From an uncultured Treponema sp. (GTDB lineage Bacteria > Spirochaetota > Spirochaetia > Treponematales > Treponemataceae): a stretch of DNA of 64,000 nt. The translations under genes and the position numbers were made by a program. Every line of letters starts with the position of its first letter. Position 1 is the first letter of the stretch. The DNA is taken from positions 9,486-73,485 of the forward strand of contig CALDIB010000032.1 in NCBI GenBank assembly GCA_937902125.1, in the 5' to 3' direction. This document shows, piece by piece, positions 19,180 through 26,686 of this stretch. The notes beneath the pieces are model-generated. The model saw only the letters and a program-made list of their open reading frames with translations, searched no databases and was not told the DNA's origin.

Positions 19180-19854
19180 ATGCAAGACTACAAAAAAGAA
19201 TTCATCGACTTTATGCTTGAGTGCCAAGTGCTCAAGTTTGGAAGCTTTACGTTAAAGAGCGGCCGCCATTCGCCGTTTTTTATGAACGCCGGCGCTTATG
19301 TCACCGGAAGCCAGTTGCGCCGCTTGGGCCAATACTATGCCAAGGCGATTCACGAAAACTTTGGCGACGACTTTGACGTTTTGTTTGGTCCGGCCTACAA
19401 GGGCATTCCGCTAAGCGTCGCCTGCGCGATTGCCTACAGCGAGCTTTACGGCAAGGAAGTCCGCTACTGCTCAAACCGCAAGGAAGCCAAGGACCACGGC
19501 GACGCGGGCATCTTGCTTGGAAGCAATTTGCGCGACGGCGACCGCGTCGTGATAATAGAAGACGTAACGACAAGCGGCGCTTCGATTGAGGAAACGTTCC
19601 CCATAATAAAGGCGCAAGGCGACATTAAAATCGTCGGCGAAATCGTTTCGCTTGACCGCATGGAAAAGGCAAAGGACTCCGACAAGCGCGCGCTTGAAAT
19701 CATAACCCAAAAGTACGGCTTTAAGACCGCCGCCATCGTCACGATGGACGAAGTTATTGAGGCCTTGTGGAGGACTGACGGAAGCGGAGCCATTTCCGCT
19801 GAAATCAAAAAGGAACTGGACGCGTATTATGCCGAATGGGGCGCCGCGCGCTAA
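19180..19854 (+). CDS. pyrE: orotate phosphoribosyltransferase
   Basis: FGSFTLKSGRHSPFFMNAG and PRPP loop VVIIEDVTTSGASI. Confidence 0.9.
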   Translation: MQDYKKEFIDFMLECQVLKFGSFTLKSGRHSPFFMNAGAYVTGSQLRRLGQYYAKAIHENFGDDFDVLFGPAYKGIPLSVACAIAYSELYGKEVRYCSNRKEAKDHGDAGILLGSNLRDGDRVVIIEDVTTSGASIEETFPIIKAQGDIKIVGEIVSLDRMEKAKDSDKRALEIITQKYGFKTAAIVTMDEVIEALWRTDGSGAISAEIKKELDAYYAEWGAAR

Positions 19855-19897
19855 GGCGGAACGTTTGCAAGGCCAAAAGGCGCGGGGCGGAGACTGC

Positions 19898-21232
19898 ATG
19901 CAAGACCAAAAAGCGGCGGCCCGCCTTGAGCGCTACCAAAAAATTCTTTGCCCCGACTTTCCGCAGTTCCTAAAAAAATACCTCGGCCTAAAAATTTTGG
20001 CGCGGCTAAAGGGCATAGGCCTTTTGTGCGGAACCGACTGGACGCCGCTCTTCCATAACCGCTTTTATTATTCGCGCTACGACCATTCCCTAAACTGCGC
20101 TTTGATTGTGTGGAATTGGACGCGCGACAAAAAAAAGACCTTGGCCGCGCTCTTTCACGATGTTTCCACCCCGGCCTTTAGCCATGTGATTGACTTTAAA
20201 AACGGCGACGCCCTTACGCAGGAATCCACCGAAGACAAAAACGCCGCGATGATTTTGGCCGACAAGGACTTGGCCGCCGCTCTGGCCCAAGACGGCTTGT
20301 CCGCCAGCGACGTTTGCGACTACCACAAATTTTCGATTTGCGACAACGAGGTTCCCCAGCTAAGCGCCGACCGCCTTGAATACATGTTCCCAAGCGGAGA
20401 GGCCTTGGAGGGCTGGTTTAGCCTGCGCGCCGTCAAGCGCTTTTACGGCGACTTGTTTGTGGCTAAGGATGAAAATGGAAACGACGAGTTTTCATTTAAG
20501 ACAAAAAAAATTGCGTTGGACTATTTTAGGCGCATTTTAAAAATCGGATATTTTTTGCAGCGCAACAAGGACAAGATTGCCATGGAACTTATGGCGCGCG
20601 TGGTGGACGCGGCCATAAAATGCGGCGCCCTCCGCGAAGAGGAACTGTGGCAATTAAGCGAGCGGGAAATTATCGGCCGCTGGGACACGCTTTTGCGCGA
20701 AGCGGAAGGCGAGAAAGAAAATCGCTTGCAAGCCCACAATCACGCCGCGGCGCAATCGGTCGGCGAGCGCAAAACAAAAGAAGGCCCGCAAGCGGACGAG
20801 GCCGCCGCCTTCTTGGTCAGCGAAAAATCTAGCGCAATGCCAAAAACTAACGGCCAACCTAAATCGGACGAGGCGCGGCGCGACTTTTTGCGCTTGTACA
20901 AAACATACCGCTCGATGAAAAAAGTCCGCGGTTCGTCAATTCCCCTTGACGGATATTTTTGCGTCAAGCTTGCCGTAAAGCGCCGCTGGATAAACCCGCT
21001 GGTCGCGCAAACGAAAGAAAGCCCCCGAACGAATGAGGCGGCGGCTCTTGGCATTGCAAGCAATTCCGCCGCGCCTTTTGGTCAGGAAACAGTCACGGAT
21101 GCAAGCCAAAAAGTCCGTCGCGTTTGCGACGTTTTCCCGCGCGCGGCAAAAGAGCGGGATCGCTTTTTGGCTTACAACGATACGCCTTACGCTTGCGTCA
21201 GGCTGGCTGAAGCGCAAAAGCCGCCGCTTTGA
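19898..21232 (+). CDS. HD-domain phosphohydrolase
   Basis: LFHDVSTPAFSH (HD motif). Start set to ATG 19898 (MQDQKAAARLERYQ), because the longer ORF-track start overlaps pyrE. Confidence 0.7.
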   Translation: MQDQKAAARLERYQKILCPDFPQFLKKYLGLKILARLKGIGLLCGTDWTPLFHNRFYYSRYDHSLNCALIVWNWTRDKKKTLAALFHDVSTPAFSHVIDFKNGDALTQESTEDKNAAMILADKDLAAALAQDGLSASDVCDYHKFSICDNEVPQLSADRLEYMFPSGEALEGWFSLRAVKRFYGDLFVAKDENGNDEFSFKTKKIALDYFRRILKIGYFLQRNKDKIAMELMARVVDAAIKCGALREEELWQLSEREIIGRWDTLLREAEGEKENRLQAHNHAAAQSVGERKTKEGPQADEAAAFLVSEKSSAMPKTNGQPKSDEARRDFLRLYKTYRSMKKVRGSSIPLDGYFCVKLAVKRRWINPLVAQTKESPRTNEAAALGIASNSAAPFGQETVTDASQKVRRVCDVFPRAAKERDRFLAYNDTPYACVRLAEAQKPPL

Positions 21233-21257
21233 CAAACGCCCGTCCTTTCATTAAAAT
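21229..21257 (+). promoter_or_regulatory. sigma70-like promoter, leaderless geometry (histidine phosphatase)
   Basis: TTGACA(21229-21234)-17 nt-TAAAAT(21252-21257)-7 nt-ATG(21265). Confidence 0.6.
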
Positions 21258-21264
21258 GCCCTTT

Positions 21265-21882
21265 ATGGAACTTTACATCGTTAGGCATGGGCAGACTGTT
21301 TGGAACGCGGCGGGAAAATTGCAGGGCCGCGCGGACATAGAGTTAAACCAAAAGGGAATTGACGCGGCCATCGCCTTGGGCCGCCGACTGCAAGGCGTTC
21401 ACTTTGACAAAATATTTTCTTCGCCTTTAAAGCGCGCTCTTCGCACCGCCCAGCTTATACGGCAAGGCGTTTGCGAGGCGCAAGGTTTGCCGCAGGATTC
21501 CGTTCCCATACAAACCGACGAGCGCTTGATAGAAATGTCATTTGGCGAAGGCGAAGGCCGCTTGTGCGACGAATGGTTCGCTCCCCAAAGCCCTTACAGA
21601 TTTTTCTTTACCGAGCCACAAAAGTTTCCCACTCCTCCCGGGGGCGAAAGCTTTGAAGACGTGAGCGTCCGCACAAAAGATTTTGTCCAAAAAATAATCG
21701 AGCCTCTTTACGGACATGCTGAGCGCGTCATGATTGTGGCTCACGGCGCCTTGAACAAAGGAATTATGCGCTGCCTAAAAAAATTGGAGCTTAAAGATTA
21801 TTGGAAAGACGGCTTGCAAGAAAATTGCCAGGCCAGCGTTTTTGAATACGACGGAAAAATTTGGAAAACGATAAAGGCGTGA
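21265..21882 (+). CDS. histidine phosphatase (phosphoglycerate mutase-like) family protein
   Basis: MELYIVRHGQTVWN (RHG motif at the N-terminus). Earlier ATGs of the ORF track fall inside the promoter. Confidence 0.8.
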   Translation: MELYIVRHGQTVWNAAGKLQGRADIELNQKGIDAAIALGRRLQGVHFDKIFSSPLKRALRTAQLIRQGVCEAQGLPQDSVPIQTDERLIEMSFGEGEGRLCDEWFAPQSPYRFFFTEPQKFPTPPGGESFEDVSVRTKDFVQKIIEPLYGHAERVMIVAHGALNKGIMRCLKKLELKDYWKDGLQENCQASVFEYDGKIWKTIKA

Positions 21883-21897
21883 CGAGGGGCAAAAAAA

Positions 21898-21945
21898 AGC
21901 CGCTCAAGGAATGAAGAACTTCAATTCCTTGAGTCGGCTTTTTTA
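21898..21945. terminator. bidirectional intrinsic terminator
   Basis: AGCCGCTCAAGGAAT...ATTCCTTGAGTCGGCT stem flanked by an A-run (21891-21898) and a T-run (21939-21945). It sits between convergent genes. A second 10-bp hairpin lies at 21949-21985. Confidence 0.75.
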
Positions 21946-22019
21946 CGCGATTTTAAACTGCGGCGATAGCCGTCGGTTTAAAATCACGGGCAAATGGCGC
22001 AAAGCCAAAGTCTTTGTCG

Positions 22020-22550
22020 TTATTTGCTTTTCTTTGCCGGAGCCTTTTTGGCTGCCGGTTTTTTAGCGGCTGTCTTTTTTTCAGCGGTTTTCTTGGCGGC
22101 GGGCTTTTTGGCTGCCGGCTTTTTAACGGCTGTCTTTGCCGCAGGTTTTTTTGCGGCGGGTTTTGCCGCGGGCTTCTTTTCGGCCACTGACTTGTCTTCG
22201 ATTTCTGAGTTTACATTGCTCTGAACTGAAAGAACGCCAGCCTTGCAAGCGGCCATTGAAGAGTATCCTTCGCCCCAAATCAAGTTGTTGCCGTTAGAAG
22301 CAACCAAGCGGAAGCGGAATTCCTTTTTGCGGTCTTGATAGACTTGCCATTTTGGATTGGGAAGCTTTTTGGCGTCCTTGTTTGTCAAGTCTTCGATTGG
22401 CGAGTTGGCCAATTTCTTCAATGCTTCAATCGCTTTTTTGCAGCTCGGCTTTGACTTGTATTGCTGGGCTGTGGCGATTACCTGTCCGTTGGCGGCTTCA
22501 ACGTTGAAGTAGAAACCTGTCTTTGATTTGCGGATTACGTATTTTCCCAT
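22020..22550 (-). CDS. YegP/DUF1508 tandem-domain protein with Lys/Ala/Pro-rich histone-H1-like C-terminal tail
   Basis: MGKYVIRKSKTGFYFNVEAANGQVIATAQQYKSKPSCKKAIEALKK plus a second copy FRFRLVASNGNNLIWGEGYSSMAACKAGV. Tail is KKPAAKPAAKKPAAKTAVKKPAAKKPAAKKTAEKKTAAKKPAAKKAPAKKSK. SD AAGGAG lies 7 nt before ATG 22550. Confidence 0.75.
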   Translation of the reverse strand: MGKYVIRKSKTGFYFNVEAANGQVIATAQQYKSKPSCKKAIEALKKLANSPIEDLTNKDAKKLPNPKWQVYQDRKKEFRFRLVASNGNNLIWGEGYSSMAACKAGVLSVQSNVNSEIEDKSVAEKKPAAKPAAKKPAAKTAVKKPAAKKPAAKKTAEKKTAAKKPAAKKAPAKKSK

Positions 22551-22744
22551 CTGGAAACTCCTTTTGCCTTTTGGCATTGTAACTATGCTTTCTATTGTAA
22601 ACCTGTTTTAAAAATAAAGCAAATAAAATTTGCTTTTTTTCTTATAAATTATAATTGAGATATTTGAGATTTAAAATATATTTTGGATCGCTTCGAATGG
22701 AAAATGAAAATGCATTCCCATTTGGAAAAATGAAATTGCATTTG

Positions 22745-22774
22745 TTGACGGCATTGTTTTTTCCGCGCTATAAA
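22745..22774 (+). promoter_or_regulatory. promoter of the OMP-like gene
   Basis: TTGACG(22745-22750)-18 nt-TATAAA(22769-22774). Preceded by two direct repeats, GGAAAATGAAAATGCATT (22699-22716) and GGAAAAATGAAATTGCATT (22724-22743). Confidence 0.45.
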
Positions 22775-22803
22775 CCCGTTGTTAATGGGGAGAGAGCGAA
22801 ACG

Positions 22804-23416
22804 ATGAAAAAAAAATATTATGATTCTCGCCTTTGCATTTTTTTGTTCCGTTTCTTTATCCGCTTGGGAACATGGCGCCAGGTTGGAAATTGGATCGCCA
22901 TTTTATTCTGTCAACGCAAAGGGTGACGGAGTGAAAAATATAATCCAAGCTCAATTGACGGCGCGGTATTTTGGAAGGGCCTTCAACGGTTTTTGTCTTT
23001 CTGGCGCGTTGTCCATGGGATGCGCCATTAGCAAAGATTTTACTCTGCAATGAGAAAACGCCTGCGCAAAAGGCTTTGGAATGGAGCTTGCGCTTGGCGC
23101 GGGATACGCTTTTGACATTGGAAAGCGTTGGACGCTCGCCGCGCTTGGTTCTATTTCAATTGATTGGCTTAGGTTCAGGTATAAAAAAGAAATTTCAGCG
23201 AAAGTCTCTTCTGGCGTTGTCACCGCCGAGTGGACACAAACCGACAACGCGCTTTTTGTTGGAGTGGGAGCGGAAGCCTTCGCTTTGTTCCGCCAAACTC
23301 CTAAACCAAGCGCATTGCTCGTCTATGCTTTTTCTTCCTTCTTTGGAACGAAGGTTCAGCATAAAGACATGGAAGAGCTTTTCTTTGGAATTGGAATAAA
23401 TCTTGAATCTAAATTC
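22804..23416 (+). pseudogene. disrupted or phase-variable outer-membrane beta-barrel-like gene (3' end uncertain)
   Basis: SD GGGGAGAGAG (22787-22796) serves ATG 22804, which is followed by A9 and is out of frame with the signal-peptide ORF 22820..23053. An in-frame TGA at 23051-23053 separates that ORF from the same-frame ORF 23081... The 3' part overlaps the convergent hydrolase gene. Confidence 0.4.
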
Positions 23417-24208
23417 CGCGCCGACTTGGGAAAGGCTTTGCGCCATGACGCTTGCCATTGGGCGCAAAAAGTCAAACTCGGCGCTGACCACAAAGGATTT
23501 TGGAAAATCTTTTGTGACGTGAAGGGCAGGGGACGCGATTTCTTTTTCCCGCTCGGTTCCGCCGTAGGGCATCAAGGCTTGCAAGAGCGCCCGGCTTTGT
23601 TCGTTTTGGCTTCCGTTTTTTTCGTCCATAAATTTTGTCCAGTCGAACATTCCGCAATTAAGGTAAAGGCCTTTTAGCTTTAGGCGGCTTGGGCATTTTA
23701 CTTGGGGAATTTCCGCGGCAAATTTTTTGTTGGTCAAAAGCGCGGCGTATATGGCCAAGTAGTTTGCGCCCGCGCTGTCTCCTGTGGCGAAAATATTCTT
23801 GCAGTCCAAATTATAGGCGGCAGCGTTTTTTAGAATCCACTTAAAGACATTGTTTGTGTCTACCAGCGCGGAAGGAAATTTATTTTCGGGAGCCAAGCGG
23901 TAAGTGTAGTTGATCACGGCAAAACCTCGCCGCGCAAGTTCCATGCAGTAAAAACTGTATAATTCCTTGTCGCCGTAAATCCAGCCGCCGCCGTGGACGC
24001 TTACGATTACGGGAAGGGGCTTTTTTGAATGTCGGGCGCTTTTGTAAAGGTCAAGGAGGCATTCTTTTCCGTCCGCGGAATATGGAATGTCGCAAAAGAG
24101 TTTTAGTCCGGCAGGAACTTTAAGGCCCTTGTCCCGCTTTTTGTCAAAGGCCGCCATTCCAGAGCGCTGCTCGTTCACAACCTTTAAAACTTCTTCTTCG
24201 GAAAGCAT
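23195..24208 (-). CDS. alpha/beta hydrolase (HSL-type esterase/lipase family)
   Basis: HGGGW oxyanion motif and GDSAG nucleophile elbow. Start at ATG 24208 (MLSEEEV), with SD GGGGGAA upstream. Confidence 0.8.
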   Translation of the reverse strand: MLSEEEVLKVVNEQRSGMAAFDKKRDKGLKVPAGLKLFCDIPYSADGKECLLDLYKSARHSKKPLPVIVSVHGGGWIYGDKELYSFYCMELARRGFAVINYTYRLAPENKFPSALVDTNNVFKWILKNAAAYNLDCKNIFATGDSAGANYLAIYAALLTNKKFAAEIPQVKCPSRLKLKGLYLNCGMFDWTKFMDEKNGSQNEQSRALLQALMPYGGTEREKEIASPALHVTKDFPKSFVVSAEFDFLRPMASVMAQSLSQVGAEFRFKIYSNSKEKLFHVFMLNLRSKEGRKSIDEQCAWFRSLAEQSEGFRSHSNKKRVVGLCPLGGDNARRDFR

Positions 24209-25125
24209 TGTTTTTCCCCCGCTTTGGCTTGATCCCAAAATTTGTCCATAAGGCTTAAATTGTCTTGAGTCATTTCAACGTTTTGCTCGCCGCATTTTTT
24301 TTCGACAAAGGAAAAGCGCCTGTAAAACTTTTTGTTGGCGGCGTTCAATGCAAGTTCCGGATCGACGCCCAATTTGCGGGAATAGTTCACCACGGCAAAA
24401 AGCAAGTCGCCGATTTCTTCTTCCAAGTGAATTTGATTTTTTTGAGAAGGCTCGTTTTTAAGACAGGCGGCGGCTTCGTCGGCCTCTTTCAACTCTTCAA
24501 AAATTTTATCTTTGGTGGGCTCAAGGCTGGGCCAGTCAAAGCCTTTTTTTGCCGCCTTCTTTTGCATTTTGTAGGCGCGAAGAAGGGGCGGAAATCCCGC
24601 CGGCACTTGGTCCAAAATTGACTCTCCTTCCCGGCCTTCGACTTTTTCCTTTATCTTGTCCCACTGTGCCAAGACTTCCTTGCTTGTGCTGACATTTTTG
24701 TCGGCCACGACTTTTCCTTGGCTTTGCTCAAAAACATGGGGGTGGCGGCGAATCAATTTTTCAACCAATTCGTTCAACTCGTCTTCAATTGTCCAGCCTT
24801 GTCCGTTTTCTTCCAAACGCTGGCGGAACATATACGACACCATTGTGGCGTTTAAAAAAACGTCGCCCAATTCTTCTTTGGCGTGCTCCGCGTCGTCGGC
24901 TCCAATTGCGTCAACGGCTTCAAAAACTTCTTCCACCAAATCCCGCCGCATTGACATGGGGCTTTGTTCCCTGTCCCAAGGGCAGCCGCCTGGCGCCCTT
25001 AAAATTCTGATGAGTTCATACAAGCGGCAAAACGCCGCCGCCGCTCTTGCCGAGTCTTCGTCAGAGGCTTGCAAGTTGGCGCCCCTTGGCTCAAGAACTG
25101 AATTTTTGTCAAAAGTTTTTTCCAT
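24184..25125 (-). CDS. mazG: nucleoside triphosphate pyrophosphohydrolase MazG
   Basis: LRAPGGCPWDREQSPMSMRRDLVEEVFE and a second MazG repeat EEEIGDLLFAVVNYSRKLGVDPE. Confidence 0.85.
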   Translation of the reverse strand: MEKTFDKNSVLEPRGANLQASDEDSARAAAAFCRLYELIRILRAPGGCPWDREQSPMSMRRDLVEEVFEAVDAIGADDAEHAKEELGDVFLNATMVSYMFRQRLEENGQGWTIEDELNELVEKLIRRHPHVFEQSQGKVVADKNVSTSKEVLAQWDKIKEKVEGREGESILDQVPAGFPPLLRAYKMQKKAAKKGFDWPSLEPTKDKIFEELKEADEAAACLKNEPSQKNQIHLEEEIGDLLFAVVNYSRKLGVDPELALNAANKKFYRRFSFVEKKCGEQNVEMTQDNLSLMDKFWDQAKAGEKQCFPKKKF

Positions 25126-25222
25126 ATTGCGAAGTGTAGCGCAAAATCAAAAGTTGTGGTATACTAGTTGGCAACAAAAAAAGGGCGCCCTTTTTGGCGT
25201 TCAAAAAAATTCAGGGGCGCTT

Positions 25223-25600
25223 ATGTACGAATCTGGCGAAGATTATTTGGAAGCCATTTTGGTTTTGCAGAACAAACACGAGGGAACCGTTTATTCGGTT
25301 GACATCGCGAACCATTTGGGTTTTTCCAAGCCCAGCGTAAGCCGCGCCATGGGAATTTTGGAGCGGGACGGCTACATTGAATTTGGCCTGCACAATAAAA
25401 TCATCCTTACAGAAAAAGGCCTTGCCAAAGCCAGCGACGTTTACGGCCGCCACCAGCTTTTGACAAAATTTTTGGTGATGATTACAGGCCTTTCGGAAGA
25501 GCAAGCGGAAGAAAACGCTTGCCGCGTGGAACACGACATTGACGCCGACGTTGTTGAGGGCATCAAAAAGTGGGTTGAAAAAAACAGCAAAAAAAACTGA
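25223..25600 (+). CDS. DtxR/MntR/TroR-family metal-dependent transcriptional regulator (short form)
   Basis: MYESGEDYLEAILVLQNKHEGTVYSVDIANHLGFSKPSVSRAMGILERDGYI (wHTH) followed by a metal-binding helix region. Extended -10 TGGTATACT at 25157-25165. Confidence 0.85.
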   Translation: MYESGEDYLEAILVLQNKHEGTVYSVDIANHLGFSKPSVSRAMGILERDGYIEFGLHNKIILTEKGLAKASDVYGRHQLLTKFLVMITGLSEEQAEENACRVEHDIDADVVEGIKKWVEKNSKKN

Positions 25601-25619
25601 AAAAAAATAAAAAAAGGTG

Positions 25620-25648
25620 TTGACAACTTATTAAAGTTAGTGTATGCT
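25620..25648 (+). promoter_or_regulatory. consensus sigma70 promoter of the orphan small transcript
   Basis: TTGACA(25620-25625)-17 nt-TATGCT(25643-25648), preceded by an A-rich UP-like tract. Inverted repeat GTTAG-N6-CTAAC (25636-25651) overlaps the -10. Confidence 0.6.
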
Positions 25649-25654
25649 AACAAT

Positions 25655-25733
25655 GTAAGTTGTAAGGAACTTTCGTTCCTTAATAAAGTTCTCCTCCAGT
25701 CCCCGGCGTTCTCCCGTCGGGGACTATTTTTTT
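25655..25733 (+). ncRNA. candidate small RNA (~80 nt), family unknown
   Basis: The promoter above is followed by hairpin AAGGAAC-UUUC-GUUCCUU (25664-25681) and a single-stranded AAUAAAGUUCUCCUCC. Then comes an 11-bp GC-rich terminator stem (25698-25725, loop UUCUCC) and a U7 tract (25727-25733). The only ATG is followed directly by TAA. Confidence 0.5.
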
Positions 25734-25857
25734 GCCGTCAAAATTGAACGCCCCAAAAACGGCCTAAAAAAATTCCCGCCGCCCGCGCGTTCAGTGGACC
25801 CGGTCAATCCGCTTGAACAAAGCTTTTTGTGGCCTTTAGAAAAAAATCGAGCGGCTA

Positions 25858-25886
25858 TTGACATAAATTTAAAATTTTGCTAATAT
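25858..25886 (+). promoter_or_regulatory. promoter of the tRNA-Asp/tRNA-Pro unit
   Basis: TTGACA(25858-25863)-17 nt-TAATAT(25881-25886), 12 nt before the tRNA 5' end. Confidence 0.65.
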
Positions 25887-25898
25887 TCCAAAACACAC

Positions 25899-25972
25899 GG
25901 GGGCGTAGCGAAGCTGGTTATCGCGCTGGCCTGTCACGCCGGAGATCGAGGGTTCGAGCCCCTTCGCTCCCG
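25899..25972 (+). tRNA. tRNA-Asp (GTC)
   Basis: Hand-folded cloverleaf: acceptor GGGGGCG/CGCTCCC, D arm GCGA/TCGC, anticodon loop CTGTCAC, T arm GAGGG-TTCGAGC-CCCTT, discriminator G. CCA is not encoded. Confidence 0.9.
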
Positions 25973-26025
25973 TCTAACCCATTCTCCGGAATGGGTATTT
26001 TTTTCAGTTCCGCTTTTTGCGGAAT

Positions 26026-26098
26026 CGGGCAATAGCGCAGCTGGTAGCGCGCTACGTTCGGGACGTAGAGGCCCCCGGTTCAAATCCGGGTTGCCCGA
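26026..26098 (+). tRNA. tRNA-Pro (CGG)
   Basis: Acceptor CGGGCAA/TTGCCCG, D arm GCGC/GCGC, anticodon loop TTCGGGA, T arm CCCGG-TTCAAAT-CCGGG, discriminator A. Confidence 0.9.
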
Positions 26099-26108
26099 AA
26101 TCAAAATG

Positions 26109-26134
26109 AGCTCTCTGTTTGGAGGGCTTTTTTT
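26109..26134 (+). terminator. intrinsic terminator after tRNA-Pro
   Basis: AGCTCTC-TGTTT-GGAGGGC stem followed by T7. Confidence 0.7.
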
Positions 26135-26180
26135 ATTGATTAAGCGGCCTTGCAAGCAAGTCCGCGCGCCGCGTCCTTGT

Positions 26181-26678
26181 TCAGCCCCGCCAAAAAATGC
26201 TCCACAAGAAAATCCAGATAAAGCAAATGACTGTCGCGGCCTTTAAGCCTGTTCCCAAAAGAAAGCCTTTGAAGGCTCCAAACGCGGCCTTGAGCGCTCG
26301 TTTTGCGTCGGAAGAGTCGTGAATCATTTCGCCGGCAAAGGCCCCCAAAAAGGGGCCCAGCAGGATAAAGGGCGGGCCTAAAAAAATAGAAGAAAAAAGG
26401 CCTATGGCGCAGCCTAAACTGGCCGCCTTGCTTCCGCCGGAATTTTTTGTCATTGCCGAAGGAAAAATGTTGTCCATTATCGTTACGGCAAGCGCGGCGA
26501 TTCCCGTTGCGACTAAAATCCAAAGGTCAATGCGGGCATAGGGGCAAAAGCTCGCGGCCACAAGGCCAATCCAAGCGACGGGCGGCCCCGGCAGGATGGG
26601 AAGAAATGTTCCCGCAAGGCCCGCCAAAAGCAAAAGGCCGCCTAGTATGGCAAAAAAAATCATAGGGTCAAAATTCAT
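26181..26678 (-). CDS. DUF456-family membrane protein
   Basis: MNFDPMIFFAILGGLLLLAGLAGTFLPILPGPPVAWIG..., four TM helices, typical DUF456 N-terminus. Confidence 0.7.
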   Translation of the reverse strand: MNFDPMIFFAILGGLLLLAGLAGTFLPILPGPPVAWIGLVAASFCPYARIDLWILVATGIAALAVTIMDNIFPSAMTKNSGGSKAASLGCAIGLFSSIFLGPPFILLGPFLGAFAGEMIHDSSDAKRALKAAFGAFKGFLLGTGLKAATVICFIWIFLWSIFWRG

Positions 26679-26686
26679 TTGCCTTT

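Noticed and set aside
22023-22175. Short tandem GC-rich repeats, considered as a possible VNTR or CRISPR-like array.
   Set aside because: They encode the in-frame KAAKKP tail of the YegP-like protein. There is no repeat-spacer structure, and I saw no CRISPR array anywhere in the window.
23051-23053. In-frame TGA in the OMP-like gene, considered as a possible selenocysteine codon.
   Set aside because: I could not fold a SECIS-like hairpin just downstream, and an exported beta-barrel protein is an implausible selenoprotein. TGA is used as an ordinary stop by neighbouring genes such as the bactofilin and the m5C MTase.
23195-23290. C-terminal 32 aa of the hydrolase ORF (AEQSEGFRSHSNKKRVVGLCPLGGDNARRDFR), considered as an extra functional domain.
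   Set aside because: The catalytic His is followed by a normal-length helix ending near 23294. The remainder is low-complexity read-through to the first stop and overlaps the OMP-like frame.
25899-26135. Genomic island or prophage integrated at the tRNA-Asp/Pro or tRNA-Met loci.
   Set aside because: No integrase, excisionase, phage or transposase ORFs lie within several kb of any of the three tRNAs. Only the short att-like repeats downstream of tRNA-Met remain, and those are reported separately.
25934-26155. 73-aa minus-strand ORF.
   Set aside because: It overlaps both tRNA genes and their terminators, so it is an artefact of structured RNA sequence.
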